A stretch of DNA of 64,000 bases from contig OZ076409.1 of NCBI GenBank assembly GCA_964187785.1, positions 99,450,001-99,514,000 of the forward strand, in the 5' to 3' direction. Positions 1 through 11,349 of this stretch are shown here, piece after piece (position 1 is the stretch's first letter; every line of letters begins with the position of its first letter). Source of the DNA: Amphiscolops sp. MND2022. Lineage: Eukaryota. Under the pieces are notes generated by a model, which did no database searches, was not told the DNA's origin, and saw nothing but the letters and a program-made list of their open reading frames with translations. The translations under genes and the position numbers were made by a program.

Positions 1-937
1 CCTGAACCCTTCTTAAGACGACAAAATTTCTCTGGACAAGTTTTAAGACGACAAATTTTCGAGTAATCCAAACTTCTATAGACTCATCGTCACAATGAGT
101 CTGTGGTATTCAACATGGAGTAACTTCAAGTAATCACATAAGCTAACTTCAAGTAAACCACCAGGAAAGAAGTTGGAGACGAAAGTAGTAAATCAAAAAT
201 TTGGAATAGATATCAATGGTGGAATGAAAATGATAAAATCTTGTCGGTGTTTTTCGAATTGAAACGCAATTATTGTTTTTTTTCCAATTCGTCTGGAGTG
301 ATCAAAAATGTTTTTCAAAAGTTCTGCAAATGAAGCGAAAGATATAAAGAATCCAAAAAATTATATCCAAAACAGTTCCACTCCCAATTTAGAACCTTTA
401 ATTTTGAACTACAAAGTTTTATGTAGAAGTTTTTGCACTGTTGTTCAGTTCCCAAAAGAGATCTTGTTTTGGTTTCGTTTTTAATATTTCTGCTTTAGCA
501 GGAATATTATTGTAACCTCAAACTTTCTACTTTTTTTCAGTACAATTCTTGTCGTGATACAGAATTATTCAGATATTTTGTTCGGCAGTGACTGTAAGCG
601 TGGGAAATAAATTTCTCAAGCTGTCGACAACAATTCAATTCTAATGCGATGGAACGAGCGAGTGGTAATTATCCATTCGTATGCTGACGTCATTGAGATG
701 AAGCGAGCGAATGTTGGTAATTGTGCTTTCGTTGCCCCGAGTTATTGAGATGAAGCGAATGAGTGTTAATTATTCGTTCGTCGAGAGCTTCGCCTGCATT
801 CAAATGCGAATGCGAAACTTCGTCTACGCTTAGTAGTTATATTTTCTCTAGTCCGAGAAGAATTAAAAGCGGTGTAAACTTGTACAGTGATTACATGTAA
901 TTGTGCGCTAAATAATGATTAAACAAGAGTGTATTGG

Positions 938-1432
938 CTGGGGTGTGGAATTTTCAGACCGTGGCCCGAAACCCGTCGGGCCAAACCGTAACCCAGAAAC
1001 CGTAGTTGTGAAAAAAGCGAACCGTACACAATTCTAAAAAAATACGACCGAATTGTTTTATACATTTAACGATTTAATTTTATATTATTGGAGCAAATTC
1101 CAACCAGTGAAGCAGCAGTCGAGCGAGTTTTCAGTCGCCATAAACTTGTTCAATCTCAAATACGAGCGTCCTTACGGGATGATATGGTTGAAAACATTAT
1201 GTTTTTACGCTATAATTTGCAGAGGGCATTCCCTCATTTGCCATTTTGGGGCAAGAAAGATACTGATAGGCATCAGTAAATTTCTTCATCAAATAACAAA
1301 GATTTTTGATGAAGAAATTTAATTATTTCTGAAGCAAACGTGTTTCTTTAAACCGTACCTTGAAACCGTAAACCGTAGACGATAACCCGTAAACCGTAAT
1401 TTCAATTCAACCCGTACGGTTCCACACCCCAG
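938..1432 (+). mobile_element. Non-autonomous hAT element retaining a transposase dimerization-domain fragment
   Basis: TIR CTGGGGTGTGGAA; 8-bp TSD TGTATTGG; subterminal AACCGT repeats; internal IPTSEAAVERVFS...VENIMFLRYN (1088-1279). Confidence 0.93.
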
Positions 1433-2712
1433 TGTATTGGTATTCCAGATATGATTCTTTTATTAATGATTTTTTTGTTTCAAAAAAATAAAGATTAAAG
1501 CAGAAATAGTACTGAGCCCCGGAGGAGCCTATTTTGGAAAACAGGTCAGTGTAGTTCTGGTCAAATAAGTTGCTGCAATTAGTAAACCAGGCTTCTGACT
1601 TTTATATTAGTACCTGAACTGATGGTTGATAATACTCATGATGGTTTTCATTCAGAAATTGCAGTAAAGTTGACCCTATTGTGGCGAAGCAGAAACTCTC
1701 CGAATCTAAAAGTGTCTGGAATCTTTGGACGTGTCGTATATTTCCAAGGTACTAGGCGTTGAACTTAAGCTTCATCAGGAAAGGTATAAAACATTGTACC
1801 ATGGAAACAGGGAGTTGATTGATTCTCGTTTTATTTTTGGAATACACGGAACACAATGTCTAGAAAATGCATGGTTGCTTAAACTTTGATATTACATGTA
1901 AATGTCACAGACATTAAATGTAAATGTCACACATGTAAATGTGACATTCGCGTCTGATTTCTAAGGTACCCCATTGTCGTTTTTGTCGTAACCCCAAAAT
2001 TTTGGCTGTCAGAATTTTTGTCTTTTGTGGTATTGCTTAAAAAAACTTCGTTTAGTAAGAGATATCGTATTACTTACTCAATATTAAGAATTCAAAACGA
2101 ATTTTTCCTTAGGGCCTTGATTAATGGCAAAACTGAGAAAAGAACATATATTAACATGTCACTCGCTAGGGAAATGGAAATTATCCACTCCTGAAGTACT
2201 AGTTAGGCAACATATATCTGAAAGTCCTGCAGAACTGGCACAAAAGTTCAAGTATGCGAAGGAACTATTTTTGAAAAATTTATTGTATCGGATGAATTTT
2301 TTCGAAGAGGCCCTAATAATTTCTAGCGAATTGTTGTCAGGTTTCATCCGTGTTTGGTGGTAGGCTTCACATAATAGACGATATTAAAAAATTGATTCAG
2401 TTATTATCCTATTAATCAAAATATGTTGCGATAAACGTTTCTGAATCCTATCTTCAGATTACAAAATTTCTCTCGACAAAACTTTCAGGTGATCCTAACT
2501 TCTGTAGACTGACTGTCACAGAATGAATTGGTAGTAACCTACTTTGAGTTCTCAAATTCTTCACCAGAAATGTTATATTTGAAGACGAAAGTTGAAAAAG
2601 TAGATGAAAGTTGAAAATCAAACCTTCATTGAGGGAGACATCAATGGTATAACCGATATACTCAAATCGTGAAGAGACCGAAGTTGTTCCACGAAAGTTC
2701 TACAAAAGAATT

Positions 2713-3408
2713 CTAAGATATAAAGATGGCAAAACCGTATAGATTAATCTTCAGCTCCAGGGCATTAATCTTTATATCGGTACTTGTAAGGTAGGACGTG
2801 TCATCGAGAGATTCAGGGACATGGGCACCAAACGTATTGTAGAGGGAGCTGTGGGAGCCGCGCGCGATCTTCCTCGCCCACTGCTCGATGGCTGCCCCGT
2901 TTTTACATGTCACCGATAGAACATAAGACAATACGACACAGAAACAGTTCCAGGGTCCAGCCAGGTCAACTGTAAGGGGGCGGAACCTTAAAGAGTCGAG
3001 TTCGGGGGCATCCGTGAGACCGACGTCCCGAAGAAAAGGGATTCCAATACTCCGACAGAGCCCCTTACGCTGTCGGACTGAATGGTGAGTGTGAGTCACG
3101 GAGCAATTTGCACAACACCTCACGAATTCGAAACATAAGACCTTAACACGGTTGACATTGTAAGTCTTCTGCACGGCAGCGGAAAATTCAGGACCGCGTA
3201 GGTGCTCCTTCCTTGAGTAAAATGACCGGAGCGCAATAAAAGCTTCCTCCTCGTGTAGTACAATTTGCGAGCCCCTGCAGAGGCGGCGTCCATACAAAGT
3301 ATAATTCTTTGCGCATCGTCGAATATGGAGCCGGTAGTTAAAATCTTCGGGAGGATATGTACCGTTTCGCAAGAGGCGAACAATGCTATCATACATGGCT
3401 TTTTCCAT
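2713..3408 (-). CDS. Transposon-derived ORF: integrase-type H2C2 zinc-binding-like domain fused to a degenerate, truncated OTU-like domain
   Basis: 231-aa GC-rich intronless ORF. N-half LRNGTYP..IRRCAKNY..EHLRG..VRCCANC resembles GIN1/Ginger integrase N-termini. C-half LAGPWNCFCVVLSYVL..STDIKINALELKINLY resembles the OTU GDGNC.FRA.S and INIY motifs. No DDE core. Confidence 0.55.
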   Translation of the reverse strand: MEKAMYDSIVRLLRNGTYPPEDFNYRLHIRRCAKNYTLYGRRLCRGSQIVLHEEEAFIALRSFYSRKEHLRGPEFSAAVQKTYNVNRVKVLCFEFVRCCANCSVTHTHHSVRQRKGLCRSIGIPFLRDVGLTDAPELDSLRFRPLTVDLAGPWNCFCVVLSYVLSVTCKNGAAIEQWARKIARGSHSSLYNTFGAHVPESLDDTSYLTSTDIKINALELKINLYGFAIFIS

Positions 3409-4189
3409 GAATAATTACCTAGCGAAGGTAAAGTTATTACGAAAATGTTTGTGTACTATAAAGTTGAGCATACAATTACTAGCACTGAAGAAATGACAAA
3501 CAAACAACAAGTAGTCAGGCAAAATTAACGAGTTATTGAGTGACGTCAACAATAAAATGATTCGAATCGGTTGAGTCAGAGTTGATCTCGAAGAGCGAAT
3601 TTTAGTAAGTCCCACCTTTGGTCGAAATTATTCTAAGATACCACAGTGGAAACAGTCACTTTGCAAACGTGGAAACACCCCCCAAACGGTTTTTCTCAAA
3701 GACTGTTAGACGCAGAGACCTGAAATTTGGCACACGTATACCTGAGCAGTTATGCCACCGGTCTATAGAATCGGAACCGAGCCGAGACCCCCCAGTTCCG
3801 GGCTATTAGCACCGGAAGTGACCTAGGTCGACCCCGCTACGAACTCGTCGGCGAAGCACGGACTAAGTCATATAATGTATGGAATTGGTAGCCCACAGGA
3901 TATTAGGCCGTTTGCGCATACTTTCGGAACCCTACGACGCGTGTAGGAGAAGCACGGACCCTATGTAAACAAAAACCGATTAATATTTAAATAACCAACA
4001 GATGGCCCGATGATCATGAAACTTGTCCAAGATGTTCAGCTAGCAACCCTAAATAAAATACATGAAAGAAATATAAGTCAGTCCACCACGCGCGAAGTAA
4101 TGTTTTTTCAAGGCACACGGGACTGGACGCACAGACCCGACCAATGAAAGACATTTGACCTTGGCTTGTAACATCTTAAACGAACCAGA

Positions 4190-5015
4190 AGGATCAATGT
4201 AGTCGATTACTAACAAGATTGGAAACGTATTTGTAACCCATGCGGCGGCAACCGCCTTAAATAAACAAACGATACGCATAGCATGTAATTCGGGAACCAT
4301 TGACCCTAGGATGTTATAACTTGGCATGTAGCAACTTTGGATGACGACAAACAACTTCAAGGTCACGGGTCGACCCCAAAGTCATTCTAGATGCATCCCG
4401 TGAATATATAGAGAAACTGACGATAAAACATGTAAATCAGCGCATGTATACCATGTAGTTGAAGGTCATTGAACGATCCGCTCGATATTTGAAATATCTC
4501 GGGTAACTTGAATTATTATTGAAATGTGAACTTTTCACAACCATTGATGAATTATTTGTCGTTGGCGGCGAAGAATATCTTGTTGAAAAATAACTAGGGC
4601 ATTGACATGTCATAAAAAGAATAGATATACATGACGTCAAAAGCATGCATTTTAAAGGGCGACATCAAAACAACAAAAATGCGGGCGATAAACTAATATA
4701 ATTGAGGCGGAATTGGAATATACCGGAATAGACAGAACCGAGTTAGAAAGCTGTGATTAAGTTGAGTCTCGCGGAGACAAGATACTTGAATGTATTAACA
4801 GTCGCACTTCTCGACAACTGAGTAAGCGAGCTAGAAGAAAGTTGAGTATCGCGGAGACAAGAGACACTTCTAGAAGATAACGTTTTCGCTAGCTCAGCAG
4901 ATTTGCTGACAAGTCCGGGACTTGTGATTTGGTTGAAGTTGGAGCTTCAACTAGATTGATTTGCGCCCAGCGTACCTAGCTAAATCGCGGATTCGATTGT
5001 TGTCGTATCCTTTTA
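4190..5015 (+). repeat. Dispersed ~800-bp repeat, homologous to about 28860-29658
   Basis: Shared blocks GCAACTTTGGATGAC, ACCATGTA.TTGAAGGTCATTGAAC and GATTTGCTGACAAGTCCGGGACTTGTGAT. Confidence 0.75.
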
Positions 5016-6413
5016 TTGAGAGTTGTAGATAGTACTTGATGAATATTGGTTAGTTTGGCTGCTTTGAGTTACCCAGTGTTATTTTTGCGATAAAGAAGTG
5101 ATTTTATTATTCCATTACTCGAAGTTTTTAGGAAGACGCGATACGATAGAGCAAACCTGGAGAGAAATTGACAGTAACTTGGGGAGAATTGGCTATCTCA
5201 CTAAAACAACCTTTTTGTCTGTTAAGCTTCCAACTGGAGGTAAAATTCTCTCCAAGCCCCGAATTGGATTTTCTTACAAGTCGTTTTAACTTTCGTTTTT
5301 GAAAGTTCAAATTCGAATTTATATGTAGGTGTTTTCGCATTGTCTTTCAGTTCACAAAAAAGTTCTCGCTTCTGGTTCGTTCTGGAAATAGATTAGTATA
5401 CTTCATTTTAAAATAGCTGCAACTAGTCAACCAGGATTTGAACATCATATTATTAATTGAGCTAGTTGTAGATGGTACTCATGGAGGTTTTTATTGGGAA
5501 GAAAATTTACCCTAAAAGCGGTAAAGAAGAAACTCTCAGAATCTAAAAGTGTCTGGAATCTATGTAACTGTCGTATATTTCCAAGGTCCCAGGCTTTGAG
5601 CTTAAGTTTCATCAGGAACGGTATAAAACGTTTTTGCATAAAAACAGTGAATTGATTGATTCTCATTCTATAATTAAAATTGACGAAACACAATGACTAG
5701 AAAATACAAAAGCAGCCCAAATATTGACACTACATGTAAATGGCACGGGTGTGACATTGGAGTCTGATTTCTAGAATAACCCCTCAAAGTTGACCTCTTG
5801 ATTAGCAGTTTTCTGCTTCTTTGAACACTTATAGCAAGTTTGTGAATGGTTTTATTTTTACTCGAGTAACCTTGCCGAAAAATCAATTACATGGTACATG
5901 GCAAAAGACTCAAAGATTGTGCAGAAAATTTGAGAGCTCGTTAAAATTGCAAAAACTGGTCATAGCTCTGAGGTGTTATAATTACTTGTCAAAGAGAATC
6001 AATCCATTTTCCTCAAAAATTCACGAAACAATTATCAACCACAGTGTTTTTTTGTGAAATTCCAATGACTTTACCTGTAAAATTTCAAAAGGAGAGAGGA
6101 AGAAGGTGGTAAATGTTTCCAGGAATTTGGTGAGGATGTTATGGATTACGACAGGGCAGTGATTTAAACTAAAATTTGAATAATTTTCTGGGAAATTCAT
6201 TGTCGTACGTTTTTTGTCAACTTAAAAAAGTGTCTGTCTAGACTGAACGCTGCAAAATGAAGCTGATGCGGCTGCTGCTGCGACTAAAACATGGTTGCAC
6301 AATTTCTCACATTATGCAGGACTAATGGGCCAGGTCAGGCCAGGTCAGGCCAGGTCATGTCAGGCCAGGTCAGGTCAGGTCAACAGATGAACAAGAGGTC
6401 AAAAGGTCAAAGG

Positions 6414-6787
6414 TCAAGCATATATCTCTCGACACTGGGGTTTGTTGTAGAGATACATTTTGCTTCTGGGGTCAGCGGCAGCCCCGTTGAGGGAGGGATT
6501 GCCTATTCGGGTATCGAGTTCGATGTTACCCCGACGGTCTCGTCTCTTCATGCGACAGAGCACAAACACGGCACATAGCACCAGGCAGAACACGGCTGCG
6601 ATCAGGGCTGAGATGACGGCTGCCAGGATGGCCGGGTTCTGCAGGAAGAAGTTGCTGGAACCCCCACCGCCCCCCGAATCCGTCCCGTCGCCCCCATCCG
6701 TGGGTGAGGAACCGCCCTCTCCCCCTTTGTCCCCCCCAGAGGGTGTTTCTGTGGGAGAAGTGGGTGTCGAAGAAGGAAGCTGATAAT
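6414..6787 (-). CDS. SDC: Syndecan-like gene, last coding exon (juxtamembrane, transmembrane and cytoplasmic tail)
   Basis: T-rich ttccAG acceptor, phase 1. Encodes a Ser/Thr/Gly-rich stalk with SG sites, TM helix ILAAVISALIAAVFCLVLCAVFVLC, C1-like RMKRRD and PDZ-ligand end YNKPQCREIYA* (syndecans: RMKKKDEGSY...EFYA). Confidence 0.9.
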
Positions 6788-6837
6788 CTGGAAAAAAAAC
6801 AGGCAAACAAATTTTTTTATTGCGGGAGAAAGAAGAG

Positions 6838-8063
6838 AACAACACGGGAACTTCTAAAGTCGGCGCTATATCTAAGGCTCAAAAAGCGCAGATTTGAAAT
6901 ATGCGTATGATGTTTTCATGAGAAACTTATGTTTTTGGACCACCTCCTTACAAATATAGTTACAAATACAAAACGCAATATAGTTTGGATAAACGTCAAA
7001 AATTAGGATATAGCGCTTAATTCCGGATCTTATGAGGGGGGGGGGACTTCAATAAAATCGAAGCGGGAACATTTGAGGACAAAAAATTGAAAAAAATCTT
7101 ACAGCGACGAAAAATAGAAAGGGAGGACCCTTTAGTCCCTTCCGGTTTTGTATGTTACGTTTAAAAAGTAACTGGAAGGGGCGCCCTTTGCGATAACTTA
7201 GTTGCGTTTCCCACGTATTCGTTTAGTTGAACAGACTTAACAAAAACTTCGTCCCTTCGAGTCTGTCTTTGAGAAAAAAAGAACAAGCCGAGAACGGCCA
7301 AAGTCGGCGCTATATCTAAGGCTCAAAAAGTGCAAAATTTTCAAAATATGCTCAATACGTTTTTCTATGAAAAACTCACAAAAAAGTTTCACCCAAAGGA
7401 AGCCTTCCGTGCTGGGAAAACGCTTCAGAAGTTTGGATATAGTGGCTGCGACAAATGCGAGCACTTATTTTCGAACCTCCGCCTCCTCCTCAGTGAAACG
7501 GAATATACTTCGGAAATAACGTCAAAAATTCGGATATAGCGCTTTACTCCGGATATTACGTTCAAATTTCGGATAGTATTGAAAAAAGTTTATGGTGGAT
7601 ATGTATTGAGAAAACCTAATGTCAGATGAAAAATGACAATTTTGAACAGTCTCATAGTGCAGAAAAATCCGAAAGGGGGACCCTTTGGGATTTTCAAACA
7701 TCTATTATGTTCCAAAATATCAAAAAAATTGAAGGGGGGACCCTTTGGTACAATCAAAATATTTTCAAAAAAAGTCTCAGTGCCGAAAAAAATTCAAGTT
7801 AGAAACACCCAGATAGCCAAAGTGGGGATCCTTAGTTGTTTTCAAGGTTCTGGACGTTACGGTTTTATAATTTTGGATGAGGTTCTAAGGTTTGCGGTAT
7901 ATTTGGACAAACTGAACAAATGAACAAAAAAGTGGACCTTACGGAGTAAAAAAAACTACCCACTGTAAGAGTCGGGCACATTTTCTACTAAAATGCGCCG
8001 ACTAAAAAAATGAGTGACTGTAATAGTCGGGCTTTTTTATTAATAGAAACGCCGACTAAAAAA
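6838..8063 (-). mobile_element. Helentron/DINE-1-like non-autonomous element with a second family member (about 7282-8009) nested in it
   Basis: Family ends: TTTTAGTCGGCG at one end, AGCGCCGACTT + about 15 nt + TTGTT at the other. The inner copy sits in an A-run with no TSD; the copy at 39873-40137 shows the uninterrupted junction. Confidence 0.72.
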
Positions 8064-8461
8064 GTTTTTTTTTAAAAAAAAACTTTTTGTTGTCTTAAGG
8101 CGTACACATGAGAGTTTACAAACGGTCATCATTAATGGAGCACCAATTCGTAATGTATTCGAGTACGTTTTGACATGTTTCTCGAAAGTGTTCCATTAGA
8201 CGTATTCATCAGCTGGTCATACTCGATTAAATTGGGTGGATAGAGTAACAGCATGCCCTTTAGCTCTTAGGCTGTAAAAGTTGACATTTCAGAGTGGACG
8301 TTGTCATCTCACAAAATATGTATTTTTAAGATATAAAAGCTTGCCACTGTAAGAGTAGGACACGTTCCACAAAAAGTGCCGACTAAAAACCGGCCTAATT
8401 AGGGAAACCTTCAGGGAGACGGACAATTAGTTTACTCCCTCTGGAATAAAGGCAATCTCAA

Positions 8462-8884
8462 CCCTGGTTGAAAATAAATACAATTCTTGCAAGATTCTTG
8501 GAAGATCTTGACAAAAAATACAAATCTTGCAAGATTCTGACAGAAAAAACATTTCTTGCAAGAACCTGACAGAAAAAATATTTCAGGCAAGAATCTTGCA
8601 AAATTCTTGCAAGAAATACTTTTTCTGTCAGATTCTTGCAAGAAATATATCAAACCAAGAGCATTATTTTAGTCGAAAAACCAATATTTTTGTCGAAAAA
8701 CGCACTGAAAATGACCAATACGGGCACAACAGAGAGTTTCATGTCCATTTTTGCTCCCAGAGAGAGACAAACACAGGCGTAATCACAGGTGAAAAGTTTC
8801 CTTTCTTAGATAAAAGGTGCTTTAGGAGCAAAAGAACCCAGTAGTTACAGTCTTCTTGCAAGATTTGTACTTTTTCAACAAGGG
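8462..8884. mobile_element. CCC..GGG MITE with TCTTGCAAGA palindromic repeats
   Basis: CCCTGGTTGAAAA..TTTTCAACAAGGG; AA on both flanks; many TCTTGCAAGA units. Confidence 0.75.
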
Positions 8885-9771
8885 AATCTCCGACCGGGAG
8901 AATGAATATTGCAAACAAGAAAAGTCTTTAGGTTTTTAGTGCACTTTGCCAAGAGCAATAATTTTGAATTATTTTGACGATAAAAAATTTCAACAATATT
9001 GTTTTGACTGCCAAAATGTTTCAAAAGTGTACAATGCAGTAAAGAGTTATTATAATGAACTTAGCGTTAGGTTTCATCAAAACTAGTCTTTTTGGCAAAA
9101 AATTGTCTTAATTTTATTCATGTTTTCGCGAAGTGCATGTCTCAGAGAAAACCACATTTGCACAAAAAATCAATTAGTTGAACGATCGGAATTAGCTAAT
9201 TGAAATTAACGAGCCATGAAACGATTGAGAGATGAAAGAAGCCACAAAAACACACGATTTGTGCAAAAAAGCCACAAAAACACACGAATTGTGAAGTTTG
9301 GAAAGTTACTGAAGTAGTAATTTGAAGTCTCTAAAAACCGCAGAGGCATCTGTCTAAGACATCAACTCAAATGCTGACACTTAAACCGTCAAGCAATGTT
9401 CGGTGGACCAAAAACGGTCCAAGTCGAAACCTGTAAACGTTGGTAAACACTAGTAAACAGTAGTTAAAACGTTTTGCATGTCAATCTTCAAATTTGACAG
9501 TTGCTGTGCAATTAAAAGTCTGAAGTGAGAGAAGTTTCGAACCTGTAAAATATCTCGAAAGTGGTTTATAACCACTGTAGTAAAATTTTGTGCTATTTTC
9601 TACAATCATAACTATTTTTTGTCATAATCATAGTAGGGACAGAGGCAAAAATGTAAGTTTCAAGCCGTTTTGACAATTACGTGGTCGTTGAAAATGAACG
9701 CGTCAAGACACGTGTTCTTTCAAGGGAACCCTTCGGAAACTCAATGAAGGAAGTTTTTATCGCTTCAAAAA

Positions 9772-10368
9772 TTATATTTTTGCTGACAAAAAACGAATTT
9801 TAAAATACCTTGTGTAAGGAGTAGTGTCCGTGTGATCTCTCAAGTCACAAGCGGACCTAGAGTCCTTCTTTGTAAGTTTTGTACTTTTCCACACGTTTCC
9901 AATACCATCCTCATTTAAAGACGAACGAGGCTCAATGCCTTGTTGGGCCAACGGCGGATTTTCCATCATGTTTTGTATCTCAGGTATTATTCTCTCACTA
10001 ATAGCAGAGTTAATAGCCCTACTGATCTGAGTTTGCTTAAAATCCATCATAGTCTCCATTTTTCGAGACATTCTAACATTCATTTCCCCAGACAGCATAT
10101 TAATTGATTCTATTAGTCTACCTTCCCTAACAGGTTCATTTCGATTACTGATGTCTCTAATCTCATTTTCTTGAGATGAAGTTTCCCTATTTGGGAAAGT
10201 CTGAAGGTCCTGTTGCCTCTCTGGGCCATTAATGAGACTGTCTAACTCTCTTTTTATAGAGTTTGAATTTCCGTCCCCTAACATTATATCCATGTTACCG
10301 TAATCGGACAACATATCTAATTCTCTTGATTTTCTAGCTTCCGCCTTTTGTTTCCTTGTAGAAGGCAT
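9772..10368 (-). CDS. Repeat-borne ORF of unknown function (198 aa, probably a truncated transposon ORF)
   Basis: Intronless ATG ORF MPSTRKQKA..; predicted helical segment QISRAINSAISERIIPEIQN is matched by a degenerate second copy at about 30485-30571 (QINRVINSAISLRVTPEIQN). Confidence 0.5.
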   Translation of the reverse strand: MPSTRKQKAEARKSRELDMLSDYGNMDIMLGDGNSNSIKRELDSLINGPERQQDLQTFPNRETSSQENEIRDISNRNEPVREGRLIESINMLSGEMNVRMSRKMETMMDFKQTQISRAINSAISERIIPEIQNMMENPPLAQQGIEPRSSLNEDGIGNVWKSTKLTKKDSRSACDLRDHTDTTPYTRYFKIRFLSAKI

Positions 10369-10869
10369 CGAAAATGTTATTCCAGGAGAAAATATTTAAA
10401 TTGTTCCTGTAGACAATTGCTTCAACTTTGGGTCAATCAAGTTAAACGTAATGCATCCAACAACTGCATAGTTATGATTGTCCTTTGTCAGGCCGACTTG
10501 GGTATATATTGCCTTGCGCGTCCATTCCAATTGAGTATTTGTACTGCACTACAAATTAAAGCAGCGGTAAGTGAATGAAAGGCCCTGATTGGCTAATATG
10601 CCACGGCCGGCTATGCTAGCTATACTGAATAGGCAAACATTTGAACTCGTTTCCCTTCTGCCTGTCACTATAGCTTGCTGTCAAATATCGAACATATTAT
10701 ATCATTTACTATTATTACATGCAAAATATTATAAATAACAAATGTAAAAGTTTCAAAATATTTTCCAGCAGTTTAAGGTTTCACTGTAGTGGCAATGTGC
10801 CCGGCAGGGCGTATTGTCGGCTTGAGTCGATCGTGTACAGGTTGCCATCACAGGCGGCAGCCTGCGACA

Positions 10870-11198
10870 CCTTGGCTGAGAATAAATGCGTTCCTTGCAA
10901 GGATCTTGCAAGAATCTTTCAAGATTTTGTTGTGAGATGAAGCATTTTTTCGACGATTCTTGCAAGATCCTTGCCGAAAAGGCATTCCTTGCAAGATCCT
11001 TGCTAACAATGCATTCCTTGCAAAGATCTTGCAAGAATCTTGCAATGAATCAATTTCCTTGCAAGATCTTGCAAGAATTATATTTCTTTGTAAGATTCTT
11101 GCAAGCGATACATTTACAAGCAAGATCTTTCAAAGAATGTAATTAATGCAAAGATCTTGCCAGATCCTTGCAAGGATTGCATTTTTTCTCAACCAGGG
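10870..11198. mobile_element. Related TCTTGCAAGA-repeat MITE
   Basis: CCTTGGCTGAGAA..TTCTCAACCAGGG; almost entirely CTTGCAAG units; no clean TSD. Confidence 0.7.
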
Positions 11199-11349
11199 TG
11201 CTATTCCCACGTATATAATTAATTCATTCGAAAGAAACAAGATCATTTGATAGAACTGAGCTCACGAGAGACTTAGGCTAGACTTTCGAACTAACTGACC
11301 GAAGAGATGAATGAAAACAGTAAATTTATGTCAGTTATTTACTAATAGA

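Larger units (their letters stand above)
1..5800. repeat. Old local duplication with both copies interrupted by insertions
   Basis: 1-230 matches about 2440-2655; about 400-480 matches 5300-5385; about 1550-1975 matches 5375-5785 (e.g. GAATCTAAAAGTGTCTGGAATCT in both). Confidence 0.65.

Noticed and set aside
6291..6910. Overlapping plus-strand and alternative-frame ORFs at the last syndecan exon
   Set aside because: By-products of GC-rich coding sequence; only the frame ending EIYA has a coherent TM, tail and splice acceptor.
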